Source of the DNA: Blasia pusilla
Taxonomy: Eukaryota
Reading direction: 5' to 3'
Assembly (NCBI GenBank): GCA_050084515.1
Contig: CM114271.1
Location: 40,548,001 to 40,612,000, forward strand
Length of the DNA: 64,000 bases
Below the pieces are notes generated by a model. It was not told the DNA's origin. It saw nothing but the letters and a program-made list of their open reading frames with translations, and made no database searches. This document shows positions 37,901 to 49,286 of the stretch, piece by piece. The first letter of the stretch is position 1. Every line of letters starts with the position of its first letter. Both the position numbers and the translations under genes were made by a program.

Positions 37901-39881
37901 CTACTACCCGATACCCAGCACTCTCAATCACACACGACAAGTGCGGGAAAAGGGACTCGAATGGGTAACCTGATCACGCCCTCCAACCTGCTGCACCATC
38001 AACATGCACTCCTCCACGTGATATGACAACCTCCGCAACACGACACTCTCCTCGACCCACACGTTGATCCTCCCGTCAACAGATGCGGACAACATGTCGG
38101 CATCATGCGTACTGCCCCTCCATCGTCAACGCCCTGTTGCGCCCAAAACATCATGTCGCGCAAACCTCTCCGTCCATCCCCACACGCGGCATGTAACCTG
38201 ACTCACCCTGGTCGGATCCCAACCATGTCTTCCCTTCCGACTACGTCCGACTTTACCACGTCACTCCCGCCAATTGTGGTACCATGTCGGACTGCGCTAC
38301 CACGTTCAGCCCTTGCAACTCCACCACATCCACTCGCACTTGGTAGCCTTGTCACCATGTTGACCTTCCACCACGTCCGGTCCTACCACGTTACTAACTT
38401 CACTCCGTCCGGCTAAACTGCAACCACATACCTCGGTCCTACCTCAGCCGACTCCATCCCCAAACTTGGACACGCCGCCCTATGCGGAAACATCCCTCCC
38501 ACTTCTCTCGAACTCGCGCTCGTGTGGCCTGCTTCCCCATGCGTGGCCTTTACTCCCTTCCTAGCTCTGTACCTATATAGGTACATACTAGGTACCACCG
38601 TACCTGGTCTAGAGCCTTAATGGCTACTCCCGCTCTTCCAACTGCGTGGCCACGTCTCTCCTTCAAATCCCCCCATTATGCTCTCTCTCTCTCTTGCATG
38701 GCGGACCTCTGTACCTAACCGTGGCTTCCCTAACCTCCGTGGATGCCTTCAACCTAACTGCCTTTAATGAGGGAGTGCAGCTCCCTATGTGCTCACCTCC
38801 GGCTCCCCCAAAATCTCGAAGCTGTGCGTAGCCCCGCACAACTCTCCCCTTCCCCAGCTTTCGGCTTGTCCTTAGGAGCTCACATGGCACTATAGATCGA
38901 CCTTCCTGTTTTGTGTCCTACTCCAGGCAGGCACGCGTCCCTATGGATGGACCCTCTCATTCCTCCTACTTTGGAGTCATAATGACTCTCAAGACCCTCT
39001 CTATCCTTCCGGCCAGGCTTGCCTCCGCGTCATGTACCTGTGTGTAGCCCGACCCCTATCACCTGCACGACCTAACCCTAGGCGACCTAGCCGCCCTTTA
39101 CTTGAGAGCCCCCTGGCGGCTACAAGCCCTAACTCTCCTTCCTGCTAAATCCCGACATTCCCGCTATTAGACGTCGCTACACCTGCCGTCACAACCTGCG
39201 CTAAATCCTGTTGTTGTCCCCCATCAATCCACACCAGCAAAATGTGAGAAAAATGGATTGCGCTTCCGCCCACGGTCTTCTGAACAGAAAAATGACCAAC
39301 ACCTGCAACACACGTGTCTCCAGGGGCTCCCGACCAAGGCAACTCGCTTGCCTACCTGCATACAACGAATTTCCCACCAGCCCCATGACATCTTTCTCAT
39401 GTAAAAATAAAGAGTAGTAAAAATGGCACACCTGGCCTAAAACTCCACTCCTCAATCTACATCGGCATATCGAGCCTCGTCCACCCTGTGCTATCAAGGA
39501 ATCCGGACGCTAGCACCCTAGTCCTATCTCACACACATACAAGAGAGGTGCTCCAACGGCCCAACATGAGAAAGATGCTTAGGAAAGCCACCTTCCTCTC
39601 TTATATAGGGTTGGGAAGAGCCAAAAGGCTCTTCCCCTAAAAATAGCCCTCCCCTTGGTAACCTACGCGTACAGGTTACCAGGGGTGGGCGACCTGGTCA
39701 ACAAGTCACCCGGCTGTGAAAGACCTCAACATGAAAGATATCAGAAACGACGTTCCTGACACAATGGACCTATCCTCGACCTCATACGACACCGTGGGAC
39801 AAAGTTACACTCAAGATAGTCCGCTGGCTCCTACACCCTATCCACGATAGATCTCGGCCTATCGGCTACTCAGATGTGACA
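31935..39881 (-). mobile_element. Ty3/Gypsy-type retroelement copy 2, 3'-truncated after RNaseH: L-type 5' end, long leader, gag (2 CCHC), protease, C5 DNA methyltransferase, RT, RNaseH
   Basis: Starts TGTCAC at 39881. gag from about 37577 with CWMCGGAHRQRDC and CDYCHRYGHTRDRC; ILLDSG protease near 35420; DNMT; RT with YIDD; RNaseH cut at 31935 by copy 1. Many stops and frameshifts. Confidence 0.93.
33750..34700 (-). pseudogene. DNMT3-like C5 cytosine methyltransferase domain of copy 2
   Basis: VRVLDLFGGINTG; LVIFGWPCQGHSSAG; DPRSGMF; YILENV; DAARVGSCAHRPRLWWTN; ERERAMGF; VLGQAMD. Confidence 0.93.
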
Positions 39882-39968
39882 AAAGAATCAATCAATCCAG
39901 AGCACAGAGATATGTCCAAGTGGTGTAAAGTTTGAATGGGATGACCTTTTTTGGTCCAATAGTGGATT

Positions 39969-40074
<106 letters not shown>

Positions 40075-40867
40075 TTTGGTCTCCTTGCAAGATTGAATAA
40101 TATATTTACTTTGAAAACTTAATCAATTGTAGGCTCAAGAAAATTTGTATAATCATTTGCAATTAGTATAGTGGCATTTTGTGCCGGTAATACAAATCCA
40201 TAAGGTATGGAAGTCATGGGATCCACTCTAAGCGTTCTTCCGACCCCAATATTGTGAAGAGTTGAACCATTGTCAACAACTTCATGGTGAGGTACGTCTA
40301 GTTCATCCAAAAGAGCGGTAGTGGTAGGTAGCTCAAGTTACATAAGTTGTTGGCCCAGTTGTAAAAGCATTCTCGATGCCTTCATGGAGTAAAATGTTTG
40401 GTGACTAGACTCTTGATGACGCATGAGTGGAAACATGTATCACTTGAACTATGGAATCACCTTGAATAAGTTCATCTTGTCCAACTCCAAGACCAGCTCC
40501 ACAATTTTTGACTACCATCACTTCATTTTCGTTTAGGGATTTGAGATAGATGAGAAAGAATAGATCCCAAAAAAAATGTTGAAAAAGGCACTCAAGTAGG
40601 ATGTAATGAATGGACTTCTTCTCGTTGAAATACTATTTACTCTAATATTTATTGCTATGATCTTTGTCATGGGGTAGGGATTTTTGCTTTGTAGCGAAGA
40701 GCATCTCATACGTTTTCTTTCAACAAGAGTAGGTCTTGGGGACTTGTCTTTCAAAGTTTTGGAGTTGTTCAGGGTCAATTTGCTAAGTAAACAGTGTTTT
40801 GGATCAACGAAAGCTTCATGCTACACATAAAATAAAGATGCAATTGAAGATTTCCAGTTGCAAGACA

Positions 40868-41069
40868 CAAAGTTCAACCGATGTTGTGAATTGCTGACCT
40901 TAGCTAGTGTGTTAACTTTGACAAACATTGTAACACTCACAACAACCTATGTGTACAACAAAAGGAAATGCAAATATATTGCAACACTGGTCGTTGTGAG
41001 TGTTACAGTGTTTGTCAGAGTTAACACAACTAGCTAAGGGCAGCAATTCACAACATCAGTTGAACTTTG
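40868..41069. mobile_element. MITE-like long inverted repeat (~80-bp arms)
   Basis: CAAAGTTCAACCGATGTTGTGAATTGCTG...CACTCACAACAACC pairs with GGTCGTTGTGAGTG...CAGCAATTCACAACATCAGTTGAACTTTG with few mismatches and a ~40-nt spacer. Confidence 0.6.
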
Positions 41070-41240
41070 AGAAGGATGCGCCAACCATTTTATCATTTTC
41101 GAGGCTTCCTACTTCCTTTCGAGAGAAGCTTTCTAGCCACTATGTGCATAGTCAGGGATCTCTTCCAAGACGAGAAATAGTTCTCATGTTCTCTATTTTC
41201 CAGATACGTCCATTTTTTGGCAGATGCATTTCCGATGTTG

Positions 41241-41319
41241 TCGAATCCCAGTAATATGAACTGTAGAGAACCAACATCGGAAATGTTGGTTCTCTACAGT
41301 TCATATTACTGGGATTCGA
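41241..41319. repeat. Perfect inverted repeat, 37-bp arms, 5-nt loop
   Basis: 41241-41277 is the exact reverse complement of 41283-41319. Confidence 0.95.
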
Positions 41320-43922
41320 AAACTTCTTCAACATCCTTTGACATTTCTAAGGCCTCAATTAGATTTGGAAAGTATCCTTTGTTGATCCTTTTGGATCTCA
41401 TTTAGTAGGAAGGAAGTAGCCATAAGCGTCTCCAAAATCAGGAGTCTTCTTTGACACACTCTTTCCCTTGCCCTGTGTCGCCTTCATAGTTTTTCTTTGC
41501 GTCGATATGTTATTTCATTTTATATTATCACATGAACTTGTCATTTGCAAATGTGTGAAACTGTCAAAGAAGAATGTCTGACGAAAGACCCGGTCGGATC
41601 ATTTAGTGCGAAGGCCAAGGAGCACTTCGAGGCGCGCAATCCAACCTTGTTGAGGGCCGAGGAGAGCTTGGAGATGTTACATTAGGAGTAGACTGAGGAG
41701 GTGATGATGGTGGAGCCGCACTTGACTCGTTCCTCTCTAAACTCTCTCAAGTACCATGCAAACAATCCATGTGTTCAATTAGGTGTATAGATCTCTACTA
41801 GCACTTTTGCAATGAAGCACAATTTAGGGTAGAGTTGATTATAAATCTATCCAATCTACAATACCATCAAATACACTATGTATACTTGGTAGAATTTAGA
41901 GCTGATTAAAACTTGATCATTACACCTCAATGGCAAGATTACGTATGAAAAAAATCAATTTATACGTACATGTTCATGTGCACGAACGAATGTCTTTCTG
42001 CTGGATAGATTTGTCCATATAAACTCCATTTTGTCCTTCTTTCTCATCCCTAACTTGACTCCATGTTGTACATTTTTTCATTTCTTCTTCCCACTTTCGC
42101 TTCCTTGCCCATTCTTATTATATTTGCCTCTAACTCGCCTTCCACCTCGAATTACAAAAATGGCCCCTACCTCTTAAAATCCATACAAGTGAATATGAAC
42201 TTTGCATGCTCGTATGGAGACAAACATGTCCAATTTTTTCCATGCTCCATAATCTAAATAAAATGAGTCCAACTATGGAGGTACTTGAGTAACTTAAAGA
42301 AGCTTGTAGAGAGAATTCCCGTGACATGTCTGCATGCAATAAATACTAGACACTACTCAGTCCTCAAAGGTTGGGAAACCTTTAAAGGAAGGTCCACCTT
42401 AGGATCAAGGGCACTTCCATAAGAGGTTACATACTAGTCAACCTCGAGTGAGAACTTGGCTGCTTACTACGATAATTGTCCCATACATTAATGGATCCAA
42501 CCCTAAATAGATACCTCATTGAGCAACACTTGGCAAAATTGGGTTGGATTAGAATGCCAAGTATCAAGAGGAGGGCTGTTCGAATTGCAATCCAACACTT
42601 TCCAAAATCAGTATAAATTACTTCACCGTTGGCAAGCATGAATAAGATCAGTCTAAAATGTTTCAATCCAAACATATCCTCATTTGGTGAAGATTCCAAC
42701 ACAAGGAAGATTCTGTCCCTCGATCCCAAAAACAAAGTTTATCCATAAACATAAGATAACCAGAATTCACCCACCACCATCCTCTTCTTATTCCTTGCAT
42801 CTCTGATTCATCCTGTCGTCCAACTTTTGACCCACTTATTCTACTTCTCTATCCTTACATGATCTGCTGATGTCTCAAACAAGTGGATGCTCAATGTGAT
42901 CCAATCTTCTGAAGCAGTCGATTTCTACGAGTTAAGCACCTAAGTAACTAGGTCACCAACTTAATCAAGGCAACTCTGCAGTACATTTCCTCACAGGCAG
43001 ACTAGTCGCTCTCTTGCATCTCTCCCCATAGTGACACTCTGGGCTCCAGACAATCGGAAGAGTGATACACCTCTTTATTACAAAGCTCTTAACAATATCT
43101 TCTCTTGGTCCATCTGGACACTAGAAACATTCCAGCTAGAGGTCAGCTTTAGGGTCCTACAATTCCCTAAATAGCATCAATCAACCACCAAGCTGAATGT
43201 GTCCTGGTTGCTGACCCTCTTTACACCCAAAAATTTCTCAAATTCTCACTGTAGTCAAGACACAGCTATCCCATATTTGTGTAGCCAATAATGGGCCACC
43301 TGATCAGCACATCTTAAAATTAATGAACAGACTGGCTCATTTAGAAAGTGTGAGACGGGCAGGATGGTAGTATCATGAGAGCTGTGCCAGACCCAGAGAC
43401 CTTTCATGTCCCACGGACACCAACAAATATGAAAAAGTTAGCAAGGTGGTCTCCTGGTCCAAGGAAAACCAAATGACTCTTGTAAACGACTCCTGTTGTG
43501 GGCACAAGATCAGGTCTTCTGACAAATCAAAGAGGGGGGCGGAGTGGGGGTAGGTGTAGGGGAGTGGATGGGAGTTATTAACCTACAGAGCTTGCAAAAC
43601 TGGAGCATGGAGTAATTTACAACCAAATCATGGTCAAACAGCTTGCAAATGAAGGATTATACTCTGACAGAGAACAATTGAAACAAAGCTTATATCCTCG
43701 CCATATCATGAACTGGGCCATGTGTAGTGACTACCAAGTCCAATAAACCAAAGCTGAGGAAAGCCATGTCCATACAATCCCCATGCAAAGTTGCGAGACA
43801 TTATATAACCAATTGAAGCGGCATGTGTGGTGGACAAACATTCACAATCTCTCCATAAGTAAAGCCTGGTGTTCCATGGAGGGAGATCCTACAAGAAATA
43901 TGTACATTATCAAAGACAACCA

Positions 43923-46900
43923 TCATGAGGACTTTTTACCAAGATTTGGTGATGACATGCGCTGTATCATCTGCTTGGTTTGCTTCATTTTAGCCTTGAT
44001 TTTGGCCTTCGCAACCACAGTGGCAACAGTGTTTGAGAAATTCCCCACAGCCATTGTCAGTAAAAGTAGCCCACAGACAACCATCTGCCACATCGGGACA
44101 ACAGGACTTCAATTCCACATCTTAGACATGACAATGAAGTTTTCATGTTTTAAATAAAAACAGATTGACAACCAGGAGGAAGAATAACCATAGCTACCAA
44201 AAACCTTACTCTTGCACACAAACTGACCTGCCACTCTGCTTCATCATATGTAATGGATGTTCGTAGAAGAAGAGCTCCAATTGAGAACTGGAAGATCTGC
44301 ACAAATCCAAAGCAACTTTCATATTCTGTGACAGAATTCACCTGGGAATGTGCCCTGGTGAACCTTAACATTGGATAGAAAACCAATTCTAAACCAGATG
44401 TTTGCTTTGCTGGCGCTTGTAGACTCAAGATCTATAAAATAGACAGATTTTCGTTGAACAGCTTAATGAAATCTCCACCTGTAGAATAAACAAAAGAGGG
44501 TAGAGAACCCAGATCTGGCCCTTGACACCTGATGTTTCTCCCCACACCACATCCATCCTTCCAGCCTGTACAAATAACACGAAGTTCTTTAGATCAACAC
44601 ACTTACAATTGTAGTTCCTTGTTACCTTTCTGACCACAAGTACACTTTAGGAGGAGATTTAATGGTGCCAACCAACATTGTCGAGACATGGTTACTTCGA
44701 CATAGACATGCTGCTTGAAACACAACTTAAGCTCTAATGGAAAAGAGATTCCTCTTTCATCACAGATTTGACTCAATAAGGCAGGTCAGCAAACTTTAAT
44801 TACCACATCTAGTGATACCAGATCTGATATGCAGCTGGTATCAAGGAGTCATACCTTGCCAAGGGCAATTCGTGTATAAAGCCGTTGTCGCTGGTAGCGA
44901 TTTTGAAGAAGCATTGCTACACCCTGCATGACAGCCCATGCAAGAAAAAGGCGTACTCCTTGCTGTTCAAACCCCCACATCAATATTCAGGAGCTTGTTA
45001 GAACACGGGGACAAATTAAGAAGTAAAACACACACAAAACCATAATAAGACCATTTAGGCCAATCATACCTGAAATAGCAAAAAACCAGAACATTGAGCA
45101 TCTGTAAACATAAAGGAAGCAACCTACACACACACAATGTGACAGTTCTATTCACCTGTTTTCGAATGCAACTTGGATGACCTTGGAGGCCCCATGTCAG
45201 ACTTACTAGTGCCATGACCATGGCACAGTAGTGATGGTAAACCCACCTGCGAATATTTTCTGTTTGCATTAATTTTACAGCACTATCATGCGTGAACTGC
45301 ACTTTGCTAATGAATTCCAAGTTCTCTGATATGATGATTACAATATAGATGTGTATCATGGCTAAGACAGACCAGAGTGATAAGAACTCACTTCTTTGCA
45401 CATTGACATCAAAGGATTCGGGGGCATACACATTCTCCTGTACCATCTTCAGCTGATATTGAAGGATAATGGTTGCATGACCCCTAGAAGATACTTCCTC
45501 AGTACTAAGGTACCTTTGGAAATATAAGATTACACAAATAAAATGAAGGGCAGTGCATTGTACGGTCCAGCTCTAGGTTCTTGCTAAGGCTGACACTTTA
45601 CATGGGAGGCTAGAAGATTCCAACCCCAGCAAACAATGCATGATATAATGCTCTTCTACACTCACAGGTTGGATATTCATGAAAGGTTTCCATCGCTCTC
45701 AGAAAACCTTCCCCTCTATATACGTCTTGGATAAACCCTAAAAATACTTCAGACATACAGATTCACAGATACACAAGATGTAGGCCAAGAAAGCATGTCT
45801 CAACTTTCTCGTGTGCAGCAATAAGGTTGGGCGAGTACCTTTCCCTACCAATGGCATCAGTTAATTGAAAATAACCAGAGTGATGTGGTCATATCCGAGC
45901 ATAGCTAGCATAGGTCTTTCAGACTGACAGTAAAATCTGTCGTATCTTAAGCCCGGGATCTCAGGATGTCTACTTCAGTGTTTCCAGGTCTACGTGAACT
46001 ATCAATGACGGATAATGAACAAACTGGGAACTAAACAAATATGAAAAGGGGAAAGTGTCTGGGTCTTGAATTGGAGATTGAGCATGTATTCAGCTAGGTT
46101 ACAAGGCTGCACACATGAAGAAGGTCAAGAGACCTATGACAAAATTGTCAGGATTCTCACCCTATCCAAGAAAACTGAGATAATGATTTAGTATCCATCT
46201 GCGCCCACGGACTCGAATAAGCATCCCAAGGACGCGTGAGTCACATTTCAAATTGTCATGAACCCAAAGAAGAAATAGCCACGCACCATGGTCGTATGTC
46301 ACTTCCATTCACTCTCAGGATATTCTCCCGCAAAGCCAGGCTTGTGTAGAAGAACAGCAACCATGCCTGTGGAGAAGACACAACTCAATAACTCTCATAG
46401 TATGGTGGCACTCCTCCTCCACGAAGACAGAAGTGATCAAGTATTCTTGAGAAGGAAAGTTTACAACCCAACCAGAGCATCTCTAGGAAACTGACCTGGT
46501 ATAATTGGACTGGCAAGGCTGGAAAGCAGCCATTCCACCACCAATTCTTCATAAGTAGCAAGACACATGGAAATGCCAAAAACAGCAATGCTGTTCTGTC
46601 CTGATAGAGACAGCAAAGTCATTCGTGAGAACCAACTAACAAAAATCACCGACCATTTATATATGACCATTCTATCGTAAGCACAAGGACTCTGATCTTT
46701 GGATGAAATCCTAACCATAACAGGAATGAACTCAAGTGCACCTTCCAGAACGTAAAGGTGCAGTACCACGACCTCCCATAAACAACATAAGCATAGTGCA
46801 AAATGTACGAAACTAATAGACAATCTCATCAACTTCTCCCATTTCCCCGATTTACAGAAGACATCGTCTTCTAGTGTCCAATACAAGCAAGTTTAAGGCA

Positions 46901-48217
46901 TAAAAGCACCAAAAGGTTAGTAGACGAGAAAAAATAGTCATGTCGATTCCTTTGAGATGGTCAAAATCTCACCCGGTAAGAGTTGTACTCTTCTTTCACT
47001 TTGAGGCGCACATCATTCCTTGGAGCACGGACATTTACTGGCCCAAGCAAAGTACTGAGAAAATACCCTGTTCCCACAATCACATCAACAAAAATCGTCG
47101 ATCATAAACTCATGATTCATACCAACAAGAACTAGGGAGAAAGAGTGAAGAAGATGCGACAAGGGATTTACAATAAAAGGCACCAACTCCGGAGAAAGAC
47201 AGTCCCAACCTCGCCTTACAGAATTCATCCACACGATTATGATTACTATCGCCCAGGACCACTGAACATGCAGAAAACAAGCGCCATTGACAATCCTGTG
47301 CATCCGACGAACCTCCACAGACATCAGATCATTCCCGAATCGAATCCATGCATACTATACGAGTAAGATGAACCCGGCGGTGATCTCAATGAGGACAGGT
47401 GTCGGTATTGCATGTCAGACTCATTTGACACGACCTCATCGTCCGAAGACTGGGCTCAGCCAGATTTAGTGCCTGCTTGTCATGACAACACATAGCGAGG
47501 GGAAGGGAGGTTTCTTGAGTCAGATCCAGTACTAACCATTAGGTTTCGCAGGAAGAAGAGAGGCGGCATCACCCTCATAAATCATGTTGCGTGCTCTCAG
47601 GAGATCTTCCTCCAACTGATTGACCATCCAGCGAACCACGCGACAAAAGAATGATCAGCAACTATAAGCCTGGACAGGAGGACGAGCTGACATATCCACG
47701 TCGCCGAGAAACACCCGGACATATCCACGAATCGGCTTATAGCAGACTGGAGATCTGACAGGCCAGGGAATTGAACGCCGCGCAAAAGATGCAAAAAGAG
47801 ACACTCAAAGCACTATTAACAATGGAGAAGGTTTATGCCTTGTGCTAATTGTATCTAAGAAATCCCTGGTCGAAATGGTTATTCCCCGATTTCTTGGTAA
47901 CCTTTCCAAAAGGCGGATACCTTCTCAGAGAGCCTCATGTCGATCTCCGAACCATTAATGAAGGTGCGGACACTTTCGATCTCGGTATCCACGTTAGTCG
48001 CTTGCTGGCTAAGAGCCTGGGAATCATACTTGACTCGCGCCGAATGAGTAGACGCCGCGTCTTGCAAAGCCTTGCATCTTTCCAGCAAACTTGCCACCCT
48101 CTCAGCTGCCTCCTTAGCGGCATCCCCTGTAACCTCTTCACTCTCAGATTCCCGGTCTCGTTTCAAGTGAATGCTGCCATTATTCAGATATTCCGGATCC
48201 TTCATGATGCTCTGCAT
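43923..48217 (-). CDS. TMEM120: TMEM120/TMPIT-like membrane protein, 10 exons, ~390 aa
   Basis: Exons 48217-47921, 47615-47537, 47067-46973, 46600-46496, 46366-46287, 45246-45156, 44962-44855, 44565-44479, 44296-44228 and 44084-43923 splice in frame (1173 nt). Motifs: LGPVNV, KEEYN, LALRENILRVNGSDIRPWWVYHHY, LQNRYQRQRLYTRIALGK, MDV. Confidence 0.93.
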
Positions 48218-49230
48218 TAAGGCTCGCTGCTTCCAAACCTCGGTTCACTGATCGAATCGACCCAGACGAGGTGCCCGATCAAGAAGCCCTGGAGGTGTGT
48301 CATCCATGCTGAGATTCACTCATCGCCATGTACAGATCAAGCACGAACCTCCGCCCGTGATCACCTTCGCTCCCAGCTCTCCTCCGCCAAATCCTTCCGT
48401 TCGCGGAGCTACTGCTTCTTCGCCGCAACCACAGAGACCAATTCCTTCGATCGTAGCCTTCGAGGATGACGAGTCTTTCGCCCGCAACCCGCTCTTTCCC
48501 TCAGCAGGCCGAAACACCGTAAAACATATACCCCTCGAATTCCTACAGAAAACTTACACAACGGCAGCAAGCATCTTACAGAATCGAATCCCCCTCCTCC
48601 GCCTCCTGCGAAGCCTTCAACCACCACCGCGCGGTTCCCGTCTCGCCCTCTCTGCTCCCTCCCTCTCCCCTCGCGTTCTCCTCAATCGCAGACATCCCCT
48701 CACAATTGCACAAACAATCCAAATCTACCTGATCATCATACCTACCCTCGCGACGAGCGCATATGTTTATACGCTCCCGGGAAAGCATTCATGCATTCCT
48801 ACGCTCCAATTTCTTTGTCCTCCTCATCCACTGTGGGGCCATACCATACCATCCGATCCACTCCATACCATCCTACTCTACACTGCTCTCTGTGTATGCC
48901 TGCTGTGTCTACACTGGAAACCTACATCCCCTCCCGGCCCTTGCCTACGTGGTCACCTATCTGCTCCACCATTCGCCCACGTATACAAAAGAGCCCGGAC
49001 CCATGAGCTCCTCCGTGGCGGATGCCCATGCGCGCAGAAGCTGTCTGCAGAGTTAGAGCTCCGCCACAACGGAGGTACGCTAACCGCGACTGGAATGCAC
49101 CCCGCTACCAAGGGACAGCGGCTTTCCCCCGATGCGTATATCCTCCGGTATATAGGGTTATACTTCGGAGATTTTGGCAGGTCCGGATCTCGAGACTTGA
49201 GATGTTTTTCATTAGGGTATAAGCCCGAGA

Positions 49231-49286
49231 TTACGTGGTTGATAGGAGATACGTGGCGCCGCATGATGACCTGGATCACACGTGGT
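49231..49286. promoter_or_regulatory. Three closely spaced ACGTGG (ABRE/G-box-like) motifs upstream of TMEM120
   Basis: ACGTGG at 49233, ACGTGGC at 49251, CACGTGG at 49279. Confidence 0.35.
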
